Shown: positions 29,030 to 38,486, counted from the first letter of the stretch. The stretch is 64,000 bases of DNA from a virus (IMGVR_UViG_3300050121_000032:2030-66029); one strand, 5' to 3'. Translations and numbers: made by a program. The notes: generated by a model not told the origin, from the sequence alone.

Positions 29030-29471
29030 TGGCCTTCTCCCCAATGGAGGCAGCAAGCTCCATCATCTCGCACAGCTCGTCTGCGATATAGACGATTTCC
29101 ATGCCTTCGGATTGGAGGGCCACTGCAGTGCGATGCTCAGCCTGCGCACCATTGCTCTTCTCCCAACCGGGGAGCATCACGATGGTGTTGGCTTCAGCAC
29201 AGATGTAGTGGAGGTCTTCGGCCAGCGCTCGGCGGAGCGAGAAGCCATGCTGCACCTTGGAGGCTTCAAGATTGCCCGTGGGGTTGTCAGCGGAGATATC
29301 CACGCCGTCATGGCGCTCGATATCTTTTTCGGCGGGGTTGAACACTTCGTGGCCGCCTTGTCGAAGCGCCTTGGTGACGGCATTGAAGCGGGGGAAGTTG
29401 AATTGCGGATAGCCCTGCATGGGGCCGGCGAGATAGATACGCTTTTTTGGGGATGGGCTTGGTGACGACAT
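29022..29471 (-). CDS. DUF4406 / nucleoside 2-deoxyribosyltransferase-like protein
   Basis: IYLAGPMQGYPQFNFPRF...FNPAE...LPGWEKSNGAQAE. Confidence 0.85.
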   Translation of the reverse strand: MSSPSPSPKKRIYLAGPMQGYPQFNFPRFNAVTKALRQGGHEVFNPAEKDIERHDGVDISADNPTGNLEASKVQHGFSLRRALAEDLHYICAEANTIVMLPGWEKSNGAQAEHRTAVALQSEGMEIVYIADELCEMMELAASIGEKASA

Positions 29472-31477
29472 TATTTTGCTTCTCCGTATGATGCGCCTTC
29501 GCCAAGCTCAGCATCTATGGGCGCGTCTTTTGCCCACGAGGGTCGGCGCGTCATCTCTTCTAGAATAATCTTTTTGGCGCTGTCAAGTTGCGCCGTCTTG
29601 ACGATGAAAACTAATTCATCGTGCGCTTGCAAAACGAACAGGTAGTCCCGCGGGCTAACCGTATAGAGACCACGATCACGAATGCGCAGTGCAGCGTTCA
29701 TCACCACGATACGCGCGAGGGCCTGCACTATGTTCTCCAAGAACTTAGCACCATAGAGCGTGTGCCAAAATTTACCGTAGCGGTAACGATACTCGGTGCG
29801 GCCGTCTTCGCCCATGCGTTGCAACGGCTCGGCATAGCGCAGGCTCAGTCCGCTCGGCAACAACACATTGCCGTGACTGATCTCCACCGGGCCGAACTTG
29901 ATGGTGTGGCCGCCAGACAACCACGCAGTGCGAACTGCATGATCCAGCGTGCGCCAGCCCTGCGGGATTTCGTGGTAGCGCAAACGGTAGCGATCCACAG
30001 CCTTGTCGCCAAGGTCGCGGTTGTAAATCTGCGAGATGTCCAGTCCGTCCTTACGGGCGCTCTGTATCACCATGGTGTCGAAGCGCTCCTTGCCCGCGCC
30101 ATAGCCCAGCCCCAGAATGCCGGTCTTGCCAATGAAGCCTTCGATCGGAAACACCAGCGTTCCGTCGGGGTGCTTGAGCTTGCGGTTGACCGGGTAGCCG
30201 AAGATGTCGGTCGCCAGCTGTGAGTACGGGTCCAGCTTGTTGGCGAACTCAGTGACTAGCCGTGTGCAGCCACATATCCACGCGCTCAGTCGCGCTTCGA
30301 TCTGCGACAAGTCGCACGTCACGATGGTCTCGTCGGGGCCACAGATCAGGCTCTGGCGTAGTTTGCTTTTACCTTTTGACCCTCGAACGGTCGGCATGTT
30401 CTGCATGTTCATCTTCCACTCGCCAGACAGGCGGTGGGTATGCGCACCGCCATACCGGAGGGGCACGGGCATTAAGGGCGCGGTCGGCCACGGCAGAGCG
30501 GCGATGCTCAGCAGCTTCTCCGTCCGCGTCTCTTCAAGCGTAGACTTGAAGCCCAGCCGTGCAGCAGCCATCGCAGCCACCACGGGATCGGGATGGTCCT
30601 GCAGCTTCTCCATGAACTCGTCGGTCTTGGCGAACGCGGGTGTTTCCTTGCCGGTCGTGGGGGAGACCTTCATCTCCACCTCCACGCCGTACTTCTCCAG
30701 CTCCGTTTTGAACTTCGGAGTGGACATGATGATCTTGGGGCTGATGCCGTTGGCGTCCTGAAGGAGCAGCTCCTTTGCAGCCTGCACGTCGATCAGGTGC
30801 TGGCTCAGCATGGGCACGTCGACTTGGAAGCGCGGCTCTACGCAACAGCGGAGCACCATGTCCATGAGGCGGCGTTCGGAGCGGGGGAATTTCGGATACA
30901 GCTGCAGGAAGATTTGCTCCTGCAAATAGTTGTCCTGTAGTGCGTAGACGCAGAACTCGTCCCACAGGCCCATGGAGACGATCTGTTCGCGGGTCAGGCC
31001 GTCCATCTTGGCCAGCGCGGTGCCCTTGGCGCCTAGCCCCATATAGTCGGCGATGTCGCGCAGGGAGTGGCCACGCAGCTGGTGGCCCAGCAAGGCGCGC
31101 GCCATGCCCATGATGTCGATCATGGTGTGCGGCACGAAGCCGTGGCGCCACGCGAGGATGGAATTGTCGAAGAGGGAGTTGAAAGTTACCGTGGTGGTAA
31201 GCGCGGGATCGAACTGCGAGAGCCAATGCGGGAAGTCCGGGCCGGCGATAATCTGGTGTTCTTCGGTCGGGGCTGGGTTGAATTTGGAATTTAGCGCCGC
31301 GGTCGCCATCGCTGGCTGGCTCAAGTCCATGGCTTTGACAGCCCACATGATCTCCTCGAACCGTGGATCGAGGATGTAGTTCGGTGTCGGCATCTTCCTC
31401 AACGAGTAGCCGTTCTTGCTATCGTAGAACGTCTCCGCGTCGAGGAAGAGCAGATGCTGTTTGGGTGGGGATGGCAC
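29471..31477 (-). CDS. DNA polymerase, family A (phage type, with 3'-5' exonuclease)
   Basis: LDAET (ExoI), THRLSG...NMQNMP, DLSQIEAR (motif A), KTGILGLGYG (motif B), ENIVQALAR, QAHDELV (motif C). Confidence 0.95.
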   Translation of the reverse strand: MPSPPKQHLLFLDAETFYDSKNGYSLRKMPTPNYILDPRFEEIMWAVKAMDLSQPAMATAALNSKFNPAPTEEHQIIAGPDFPHWLSQFDPALTTTVTFNSLFDNSILAWRHGFVPHTMIDIMGMARALLGHQLRGHSLRDIADYMGLGAKGTALAKMDGLTREQIVSMGLWDEFCVYALQDNYLQEQIFLQLYPKFPRSERRLMDMVLRCCVEPRFQVDVPMLSQHLIDVQAAKELLLQDANGISPKIIMSTPKFKTELEKYGVEVEMKVSPTTGKETPAFAKTDEFMEKLQDHPDPVVAAMAAARLGFKSTLEETRTEKLLSIAALPWPTAPLMPVPLRYGGAHTHRLSGEWKMNMQNMPTVRGSKGKSKLRQSLICGPDETIVTCDLSQIEARLSAWICGCTRLVTEFANKLDPYSQLATDIFGYPVNRKLKHPDGTLVFPIEGFIGKTGILGLGYGAGKERFDTMVIQSARKDGLDISQIYNRDLGDKAVDRYRLRYHEIPQGWRTLDHAVRTAWLSGGHTIKFGPVEISHGNVLLPSGLSLRYAEPLQRMGEDGRTEYRYRYGKFWHTLYGAKFLENIVQALARIVVMNAALRIRDRGLYTVSPRDYLFVLQAHDELVFIVKTAQLDSAKKIILEEMTRRPSWAKDAPIDAELGEGASYGEAK
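29772..29786. promoter_or_regulatory. dispersed palindrome TTACCG-TAG-CGGTAA (inside polymerase, YRYGK)
   Basis: exact arm match. Confidence 0.8.
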
Positions 31478-32175
31478 TAGATATACGCGCTCACTTGGTC
31501 GGTTGAATGTCGGCCATCTCCGACCGTAATATGTCGCGTGTTGAAGGTCAACAGCAGGCTGCTGTGCCCGCGACCCACAGCGCCGTCGCTCAGCAGCTTG
31601 GCTGACGCCATCGTGGTTGCGGTGTCACGGAACAGCTGGCTCATGGTCTCGATCTTGTTGGGCTCAGCAAAGCGCTGGGGGCACTCTTGGTACTCGGCGA
31701 ACTCGCTCGGCAGGAGTTGCAGGATCGTCGGCCAGTAGTAGCGTATCGCGGCTTTGGTTGCGTTTTTATTAAGCCAGCGCAGCGCTACCTTCACATGCTC
31801 AAACTTGAGGTAGATTTCTTCCATCTGGTCAACCACGCCCCGCAGGGGTCCGATCAGGTGCTGCTGCTGCATGTAGAGCGCCGGCTTGATCGGCAGGCAC
31901 TGCGCGCCGTCATAACTCAGGTTCAGCACTACATAGTCCTTGATGGTGTAGGGCAGCGTCATCATGGGGTCACGCACGACGCCCTTCGCTGCAGTCGCTC
32001 TGGCGATGACGTCGGGGTCGAACAGCATCGCTATGGTCTGGTCGACCGTCGGCGTGTATTCGGTCAGCACGTTGAAGCTGACTTCCATCAGCTTGTTGAT
32101 CTGCTTGATGGCTTTCTCCATCGCGCCAGTGCCGATGTAGTCGCCCGTCTTTGGGCCTCCATAACGTCTACCCAT
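31477..32175 (-). CDS. hypothetical protein
   Basis: GAGGAG RBS; 232 aa; abuts the polymerase start. Confidence 0.7.
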   Translation of the reverse strand: MGRRYGGPKTGDYIGTGAMEKAIKQINKLMEVSFNVLTEYTPTVDQTIAMLFDPDVIARATAAKGVVRDPMMTLPYTIKDYVVLNLSYDGAQCLPIKPALYMQQQHLIGPLRGVVDQMEEIYLKFEHVKVALRWLNKNATKAAIRYYWPTILQLLPSEFAEYQECPQRFAEPNKIETMSQLFRDTATTMASAKLLSDGAVGRGHSSLLLTFNTRHITVGDGRHSTDQVSAYI

Positions 32176-32258
32176 GTTTGGTTCTCCTCTGGTTTGACAA
32201 ATTAATCTTCAGCCCCTAAAATTGCTGAACCACAGTGACGCAATTCTAGGGGCTGTTT

Positions 32259-32273
32259 TTACCGCGACGGTAA
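32259..32273. promoter_or_regulatory. dispersed palindrome TTACCG-CGA-CGGTAA (intergenic, 2 nt after a stop)
   Basis: exact motif match. Confidence 0.85.
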
Positions 32274-32275
32274 CC

Positions 32276-33583
32276 TCAGTCGTTCTTCGGGTTGATGCGC
32301 ACCGTGTCACCATAGGGCGCGTCTTGCTCCGTCGTCATCGCCCAGATCATCACCGGGATCGGGGGCACGTCGGTCGGGTACGACACATAGCCGTCGGTGA
32401 AGCCGATGAACACTTCGGGCACTTCGGTCTGCTCGTTGATCCAGTCGAACACCGGCGTGCAGTCCGTACCGCCGCCGCCCTTCACGCCACCATACTTGAT
32501 GGCTTCCAGATCGCAGGCTTCCTCCACCTCGTCGATGGTGGGCGAGCCATCGTCGCGGACACCGATGCCGTCGTCACACCACACGATGGTGATGCGGGTC
32601 GGTTGACAGTCGTCGATGATGCCAGACAGCTCGGCGAGATACCGGCACATCTCGTCTTCGCCGATCGAGCCAGAGGTGTCACCCCAGCACACGATCCAGC
32701 CAGCACCGTTGCCAGAACGTGAGGGATAGTAGACGTCCCGCACGATGTGGCGCCGGTCAGGCCGCTTCCAGTTGTAGCTGCCCGTTCCTACCTTGCGATT
32801 GAAGATGCCGCGAATGTGATCGGTCCACGGCACCACGGGGTTGAGCACCTTGTTGAAGAAGCGATCCAGCGCTCCGTTGCCCTTGCCCTGCGACTTCATG
32901 GCTTCCAGCGTCTGCGCTGCTGCCACCTCCACCGCCCACTGCTGCCCGTTGCGCGGCGTCGAGCTGCCGTTGCTCACGCCGGGCTTGAGCACGATGTCGA
33001 AAGACTGGTGCTTGCCGGTCTTGCTGCCGCCGCTCTCCTCGTCTTCGTACACCTTCTTGTAGGCCGACACTGCGCTGTCCTGCGCCGTGGCGATCTCGTC
33101 GTCCAGACACACACCGGAAGGCGGTGTACCGATCTTGCTGTCGCGCAGTAAGGCGTTGATGCGGTAGTCCATCGCCTTCTGCATGGTCTCGTTGCGGAAC
33201 GGCAGGGTGGTGCCGTCATCCATGGGCACCGTGCCGCTGGCGCTGCATCTTTTCAGCCACTCCACATCGCCATAGACGTTGTGAACCACCTCGTGGCCCA
33301 GCACGAACACGCGCTCCCTCAGATTGAATTTGAAGAACGTATCCGGGTTGATGATGATGTTCTTGGCGTCGGTCGCCGCGAACGGCACGCTCCGCGAAGG
33401 AACGGCGCCATACTGCCCGTCGTTGTTGGACAGCAGCTTATAGAACAGATGGCGGAAGCCCGGACAATTCCACGCCATCAGCGACATGGTGTCCTGCCAC
33501 TGGTTATTCTGCTGTGGCGTCAGCCCGGTCGGAGTGATCTTCTCGATCTCCTCCAGCGGGTCTGGGAGTGTACTTGCGGTCAT
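32276..33583 (-). CDS. metallopeptidase-VWA domain protein (DUF2201-like)
   Basis: AATD, HEVVH zincin motif, DTSGS MIDAS, GGGGTD, FTDGY. Confidence 0.9.
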   Translation of the reverse strand: MTASTLPDPLEEIEKITPTGLTPQQNNQWQDTMSLMAWNCPGFRHLFYKLLSNNDGQYGAVPSRSVPFAATDAKNIIINPDTFFKFNLRERVFVLGHEVVHNVYGDVEWLKRCSASGTVPMDDGTTLPFRNETMQKAMDYRINALLRDSKIGTPPSGVCLDDEIATAQDSAVSAYKKVYEDEESGGSKTGKHQSFDIVLKPGVSNGSSTPRNGQQWAVEVAAAQTLEAMKSQGKGNGALDRFFNKVLNPVVPWTDHIRGIFNRKVGTGSYNWKRPDRRHIVRDVYYPSRSGNGAGWIVCWGDTSGSIGEDEMCRYLAELSGIIDDCQPTRITIVWCDDGIGVRDDGSPTIDEVEEACDLEAIKYGGVKGGGGTDCTPVFDWINEQTEVPEVFIGFTDGYVSYPTDVPPIPVMIWAMTTEQDAPYGDTVRINPKND

Positions 33584-33833
33584 CAGCTTTTCTCCTCTGG
33601 TTGTATCGCTTCTCTTCCGTCGCCGCACGAATTTCGGCGTCGAACATGGCCCGTCGGGCATTAACCCAATCGCGCCATGCCATCCATTGGATGTAGCATG
33701 CTCCTTTTGGGACACCCTTCCGCTCGATGTAGTACTTGTAACGCTGCCGAGCCGCGATCAGGCGTGCCAGTCTTGTCGCGGGAATGTTACCGTACCCTCG
33801 CGATGGGGCTCCTGTAGGTCCCGTCCCACTCAT
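33504..33833 (-). CDS. hypothetical protein
   Basis: TAATG coupling with the upstream gene; 3' end overlaps the VWA gene. Confidence 0.5.
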   Translation of the reverse strand: MSGTGPTGAPSRGYGNIPATRLARLIAARQRYKYYIERKGVPKGACYIQWMAWRDWVNARRAMFDAEIRAATEEKRYNQRRKADDRKYTPRPAGGDREDHSDRADATAE

Positions 33834-34075
33834 TAGTCGTCCTGCACGTTGATGCCGACTTCACCAATGAGCTTGTAGACGCGCTTGGCATCCAGCACGC
33901 ACTTCCAGATGTCCTCCTGCAGCCCGGCCTCGTCCTGCCTGAAGAACGCTGACCGGGTGACGAGATAGCGCTCCGCAAAGGAGCGGAAGCGCATGTTGCT
34001 GCTGCGACGTTGCTCGCCGATCGGATTGGACGCTGGCCACGGCGGCGTGGCTGGGTGGATGGGGTTAGATGCCAT
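33833..34075 (-). CDS. hypothetical protein
   Basis: Coupled ORF; ASNPI duplicated at the N-terminus. Confidence 0.55.
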   Translation of the reverse strand: MASNPIHPATPPWPASNPIGEQRRSSNMRFRSFAERYLVTRSAFFRQDEAGLQEDIWKCVLDAKRVYKLIGEVGINVQDD

Positions 34076-34517
34076 CGCTCACCGCCGACATCAGATCACT
34101 GGACACGTTGTCGCTGCCGGTCTCGTTGCCGGTGGCATCCAGCCCCTCTTGGATCACATCCGTCATGATCTCGATCTGCTGGTGGCCGGCGAAGAAGTCG
34201 TCGGAGTACACCACGATCTGGGTGCTCTTGGGGTTGTCGCTGATCAGGCGTGCCGTAGCGAGGCAGTGCCGTGCAGCCTGCTGCAGCGTCTGCGTCAGCG
34301 GTTCCAGCTTGTCCGCATCTGCGAAGTCGACGCGCAGCTCAATCGTAAACTGTCGTTGCATGTGTGCTCCTCTCGTTATCGTGTCCATCTTGTAGTGCTT
34401 CAGCACCGCGATGCTGCCGGCTCTCCACTCGATCAGCTGATCGAGGTCTTCGAAAGAACCGGCGAATGCCTCGACGTTCTTGAACTGCATCATGCGTTTT
34501 TTGACGAAATGGGGCAT
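34065..34517 (-). CDS. hypothetical protein (alternative start 34361 with GAGGAG RBS)
   Basis: ORF track; internal strong RBS. Confidence 0.6.
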   Translation of the reverse strand: MPHFVKKRMMQFKNVEAFAGSFEDLDQLIEWRAGSIAVLKHYKMDTITRGAHMQRQFTIELRVDFADADKLEPLTQTLQQAARHCLATARLISDNPKSTQIVVYSDDFFAGHQQIEIMTDVIQEGLDATGNETGSDNVSSDLMSAVSDGI

Positions 34518-34534
34518 TCGTTGGTTCTACCTTT

Positions 34535-34549
34535 TTACCGTGGCGGTAA
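34535..34549. promoter_or_regulatory. dispersed palindrome TTACCG-TGG-CGGTAA (intergenic)
   Basis: exact motif match. Confidence 0.85.
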
Positions 34550-34602
34550 GCGGGGCCTGACGCCGGTATTCGCCGGATCGTCAGGCCCCTACCCGGCCGG
34601 GG

Positions 34603-35751
34603 TTACTGCGAAAGCGAGCTGATCACAGAGACCAGAGCCGCGTTCTTGTTGATCCACGCCTGCATCGCAGGCTGGTTGATGATGCCTTTGTAATCCCGCC
34701 GCAACAAGGCCGAGATGTACGTGACCCCCATGTCCTTGGGCAGTCGTTGGATATACTGGATGCACGGCGGCAGATCGGGCACCTGAGTGTATGCAGCCAG
34801 CTGATACGCCATCAGCATCTGCAGATCGGCCTTGACAGGCAGATCGCAATTCGCGGGGTCTGCGATGACGTCCTGATAGGACGGCAGTTGCAGGAGGAAC
34901 TGGAAGTGGCCCAACATGGACTGCGCCCCTCCCATGCCGATCGTGCCGGCGATCACGCTGGTCATTTCGGGCGTGATCTCTTGGTTGCCAGCGATCTCCC
35001 AGCTGGTCTGGATGTAGCGATCCACAGCGCACAGCTGCCGCGGGTTACACCACGGTCCCTGCTCTTTGGGCTCCTGCTCGAACACGCTCTCGGGATGCTG
35101 CGCAGCCCACGCCTTGACGACGGGCAGGGTCTGCCACTGCTTGCCCTGATGATAGTAGGGCTTGTCGAGGTAGTTCATCGTGACGTTGATGTCCCCGTCG
35201 ATGTGGATCGTGGTGCGGCGTGCGATGGCGAAGTCGAAGTCTTTCGACACGCCATAGCGGGGACCGGCGTTGGTGCACGCGAGACGGACACTGCCGGCCG
35301 GCAGATACCACGGCGGGGTGCCACCGTTGAGGAAGATTTCAGCGATGGAGCGCTTCACCTCGCCGTCGCCCTGACCGTACTCGTCGATCAGGAGGAACAC
35401 CTTGTCGTACATGAAGGCAGGCAGGCCTTCGCTCGACATCATCCACAATGGGATGGCCGGGTCGGTGACGGTAATCTTCTTGGTCTCGGGCTGGCCCGAT
35501 ACCGGGTTGGTGAAGTTGTACTCGCGTTCACCCTTGAACTCCAAGCCGATCAAACTGCCGGGGTTCTGGGTTGCAGCGAAGAACGAACAGAAGCCCCAAC
35601 GAATGCCTTTCGGAGCGTCGCGATCACGCAGCTCCTCGAACATGTTGTAGGCCACGGTGCTCTTGCCGAGACCGGAGCCACTCTCCCAGATCACGGCATT
35701 GCCGGCGGCCAACAGCGCCATGGTCTCACGTTTTGCTTGCAGAATGTTCAT
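34603..35751 (-). CDS. MoxR-like AAA+ ATPase
   Basis: Walker A SGSGLGKS, Walker B LLIDE, NPRQL; near the VWA gene. Confidence 0.85.
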   Translation of the reverse strand: MNILQAKRETMALLAAGNAVIWESGSGLGKSTVAYNMFEELRDRDAPKGIRWGFCSFFAATQNPGSLIGLEFKGEREYNFTNPVSGQPETKKITVTDPAIPLWMMSSEGLPAFMYDKVFLLIDEYGQGDGEVKRSIAEIFLNGGTPPWYLPAGSVRLACTNAGPRYGVSKDFDFAIARRTTIHIDGDINVTMNYLDKPYYHQGKQWQTLPVVKAWAAQHPESVFEQEPKEQGPWCNPRQLCAVDRYIQTSWEIAGNQEITPEMTSVIAGTIGMGGAQSMLGHFQFLLQLPSYQDVIADPANCDLPVKADLQMLMAYQLAAYTQVPDLPPCIQYIQRLPKDMGVTYISALLRRDYKGIINQPAMQAWINKNAALVSVISSLSQ

Positions 35752-35812
35752 GCAAACTCCTCAGTTTGTGTGGTCTGACGGGCATCGTCAGGTGCAGTCT
35801 CACTGCACGAGG

Positions 35813-35827
35813 TTACCGTGACGGTAA
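35813..35827. promoter_or_regulatory. dispersed palindrome TTACCG-TGA-CGGTAA (intergenic; arms extend to AGGTTACCG/CGGTAACCT)
   Basis: exact motif match. Confidence 0.85.
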
Positions 35828-35848
35828 CCTTTCGCCCTTGAGGTCAGA

Positions 35849-36430
35849 CTAGGCTGCGATGCCCAGCATCTTGTTGAGGTCCGCCATCGCAATCGCAGGC
35901 AGGCCGGGAGGTGTCGGCACTGCGGCCTTGGCACCTTTGTAGAACTTGTGGCCCTCGGGCCAGACGTCCTTGAGCTGCTCCAGCGTGCGCACACCCTTGA
36001 GCAACGCCATCAGGGTCTTCTCCGCCTTATCACGCTCTGCAGCGAGCGTCTTCTTGTCGTGCTGGTAGTCGTGCCCACTCCCACGAGCGATCAACGCACG
36101 GTGCTTGTCCATCGTCAATGTGCCGATGCCCGTCCACGTATCAGCCGGCAGGCGTAGCGTGTTGGTAACGGGGCCACCAGTGCTGCCGTCGCCATTGAAA
36201 GCCCAGTCGTGACGTTCGCCGCCCATATTGAAGCGGTGACTTGTGCCCGTGGTGTAGAAACACTTTGGCAGGGCGTTGATGTGCTCCTGCTGCGTCTTGG
36301 TGAAGAGGGCATCGTAGATTGCCTTGGCGATGCGATCGTACTCCACATCGAGCGCGAGCTTGCGCTTGCCGAATGCGCTTTCCAGCGCGGTGTTGAGAAT
36401 GAACTGCCGGGAAGCTGAGTTGAGTAACAT
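35849..36430 (-). CDS. Nmad5-like (nucleotide modification associated domain 5) protein
   Basis: C-terminal LKGVRTLEQLKDVWPE signature. Confidence 0.65.
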   Translation of the reverse strand: MLLNSASRQFILNTALESAFGKRKLALDVEYDRIAKAIYDALFTKTQQEHINALPKCFYTTGTSHRFNMGGERHDWAFNGDGSTGGPVTNTLRLPADTWTGIGTLTMDKHRALIARGSGHDYQHDKKTLAAERDKAEKTLMALLKGVRTLEQLKDVWPEGHKFYKGAKAAVPTPPGLPAIAMADLNKMLGIAA

Positions 36431-36547
36431 GTTGGGGTCTCCGTCTCCTCACTGTGAAAGTATGGGTGGCAAGGCGCTGAGGAGCAACCACCTTGCCACC
36501 CTCACTGCGGCTAGTACGTGAACTCTAGGCGCGCAGCGAAACTCGTA

Positions 36548-36664
36548 TCACCAACACTTGGTGATGACATGAAGTGCGATGTAACCCGCACCACCGAAGA
36601 TCACGGCCATGCACGTGAGATAGGCGATGGTGGCCGCAATGAACACTTTGTCGTCCCCAATCAC
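36548..36664 (-). CDS. small membrane protein (38 aa, not in ORF track)
   Basis: GTGA overlap; VFIAATIAYLTCMAVIFGGAGYIALHVITKCW. Confidence 0.55.
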   Translation of the reverse strand: MIGDDKVFIAATIAYLTCMAVIFGGAGYIALHVITKCW

Positions 36665-37377
36665 GGGCTAACTCCCGCTTGAGCGGCGGGCTGGGTGGCG
36701 CCGTTACCCTTGGCAGCGCCACGGGTCGTGGCGATCGAGGACAGCTCCTTGCGCAGCGCCTGCCGTGCGTTGAGCACGTTCGGGCTGTTGCACTGGGCGT
36801 TACCGCCGGCAGCGCTGCCGTCGATCAGCTTGTCCAGCTTCTTGGTCAGCGCTTCGATGATCTCTTCAGCTGTTGCCGGCTCAGGCGTCTTGCGGAAGCA
36901 CAGATCACGCAGCTCGTCGTCACCCATCAGCGTGTCGCGCTTGAGCTGGGCACGCGCATACTTCATCAGGGTGTTGGCTGCGTCGTCCAGCTTCTTCGCA
37001 GTAGCCGGGTTCTTCTTCAGCCCCTGACGGATCGTCATCAGGTTGTTGACGGTGGCCAGCGGCTCGCCATTGCCACCCTTGGGCCATGCGCCCAGCCTGA
37101 TCGAAGTTCTCACTGTGCTCATCAGCTTCTGCTGATTGTCGGCCTTGGCGTCGAAAATCACGGAGCCAGTGCGAGCCTTGTAGTAGACTTCAGCCAGCTT
37201 GCGGGCATCGTCCATGTCGGTGCCGTGCTTGTTCTTGGCGAGGTCCACTGCGCCGTGGTAGCCGCCCTCGACGGCAGCGAGCAGGAACTTGACCTGTGTA
37301 TCGGCGCCCTTGCCGGCTTGCTCGCCCAGCTCGGTTGCCTTCTGCAGCAGGTCAGTGAACGTTGGTTGGTTGGCCAT
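36661..37377 (-). CDS. hypothetical protein (helical)
   Basis: GAGGAG RBS; strong phage codon bias. Confidence 0.75.
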   Translation of the reverse strand: MANQPTFTDLLQKATELGEQAGKGADTQVKFLLAAVEGGYHGAVDLAKNKHGTDMDDARKLAEVYYKARTGSVIFDAKADNQQKLMSTVRTSIRLGAWPKGGNGEPLATVNNLMTIRQGLKKNPATAKKLDDAANTLMKYARAQLKRDTLMGDDELRDLCFRKTPEPATAEEIIEALTKKLDKLIDGSAAGGNAQCNSPNVLNARQALRKELSSIATTRGAAKGNGATQPAAQAGVSP

Positions 37378-37424
37378 GATGTTGAACACTCCTCAGTGCT
37401 TTTGCCAGATAGGCTGGCGCCTTT

Positions 37425-37439
37425 TTACCGTGGCGGTAA
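37425..37439. promoter_or_regulatory. dispersed palindrome TTACCG-TGG-CGGTAA (encodes LPPR-stop of the upstream gene)
   Basis: exact motif match. Confidence 0.85.
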
Positions 37440-37772
37440 ATAGTTAGCGATGTGGTCGTCCCCATAGACGACGCGGCCGGTCGGCGAAGCGGTCGCGATC
37501 GCCCCGTCGGGCAAAACGTCGGGCTCGCCCGTGGCTGCTATGCCGAGATTGCTACAGGCACGCTCAACAGCCTCATGTTTGGTGTGGTATGGGCCAGAGA
37601 TATAGCCGGCCTTGAAGTGGTCGGGCATCGTGTAGTACCAACGCTTAGTTAACGACGGCGCTTGTGACGCAGAGCCATGCCACTCCCAGCGGAACGTGAC
37701 GCCAATCAGCACGCACTGTGCGTGCATCAGCTCGCGAGCATTGCGCTCTCTTACCTTTTTAACTTTCTGCAT
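37425..37772 (-). CDS. hypothetical early protein (LxGVxF family)
   Basis: GAGG RBS; AQCVLIGVTF. Confidence 0.6.
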   Translation of the reverse strand: MQKVKKVRERNARELMHAQCVLIGVTFRWEWHGSASQAPSLTKRWYYTMPDHFKAGYISGPYHTKHEAVERACSNLGIAATGEPDVLPDGAIATASPTGRVVYGDDHIANYLPPR

Positions 37773-38028
37773 AGTCGACCTCGCACTCTTGCACACCGCC
37801 GCAGTCGGTGCGCAATTGGTAGTCGCGCATCTCTTCGTCCGAGATCAATCCAAGACGATGCAGCGCTATGCAGGCGGCCCGTCCAATCGTGTATTTGGCG
37901 ATCGTTGATCGGCCTTCAAAATCAGGGTGTGTTGCAGTCCAGCATTCATTCATGGTGACGCGGCCGAACTTGACGCCTATCAGCGCTGCCCGCGCCACAA
38001 GGTTTTGATCCTCCTCAGTGAGCTTCAT
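37759..38028 (-). CDS. hypothetical early protein (LxGVxF family)
   Basis: GGAG RBS; ARAALIGVKF. Confidence 0.6.
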   Translation of the reverse strand: MKLTEEDQNLVARAALIGVKFGRVTMNECWTATHPDFEGRSTIAKYTIGRAACIALHRLGLISDEEMRDYQLRTDCGGVQECEVDYAES

Positions 38029-38263
38029 AGGGTACTCCCTGCCACACGACGTCGTAGCCCACCAAATCCTCCAGCAGTAGCAGCAGCGTGTTGGACACGC
38101 GGCTGGCATGTCTCGGGACAGTATCGGGAGCCCATGCTCGCCAGTTGTGGGCGCCGTCTATAAATTCCCTGCGCTCAAAGCGCCAGCCCTTCAGCACGAG
38201 CATCGCCATGCGCTGCTGCAGCTTAGGCGGCAAGCTCAGCACACTGCGCTCTTCCTCACTCAT
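38015..38263 (-). CDS. hypothetical early protein (LxGVxF family)
   Basis: AMLVLKGWRF; overlapping chain of small genes. Confidence 0.55.
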   Translation of the reverse strand: MSEEERSVLSLPPKLQQRMAMLVLKGWRFERREFIDGAHNWRAWAPDTVPRHASRVSNTLLLLLEDLVGYDVVWQGVPYEAH

Positions 38264-38486
38264 GGGTGGCCACGTTCGCACGATCCAATTCCTCCAATGC
38301 CCGCTTTGCGGTCGCGAATTTCGATGATCCCTCAACCCAGCCATGCTCGGCGGGGAGGAACGCAACCCAGATGCATAGTTTCGTATAGCGCGTGTTGCGT
38401 CCAGCACGCTTGTGGAACGTGACGCCAGCGAGTGATGCCGTAGCAATCACTCGCTGCCACTCTTTGCTGTGCCGGCTGATCGCCAC
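38256..38486 (-). CDS. hypothetical early protein (LxGVxF family)
   Basis: TAGTG coupling; ATASLAGVTF. Confidence 0.55.
   Translation of the reverse strand: MAISRHSKEWQRVIATASLAGVTFHKRAGRNTRYTKLCIWVAFLPAEHGWVEGSSKFATAKRALEELDRANVATHE

Noticed and set aside
28556-31477. 2-aminoadenine (Z) or 7-deazaguanine DNA system
   Set aside because: No PurZ-like, QueC/D/E, FolE or DpdA-like gene recognised in the window.
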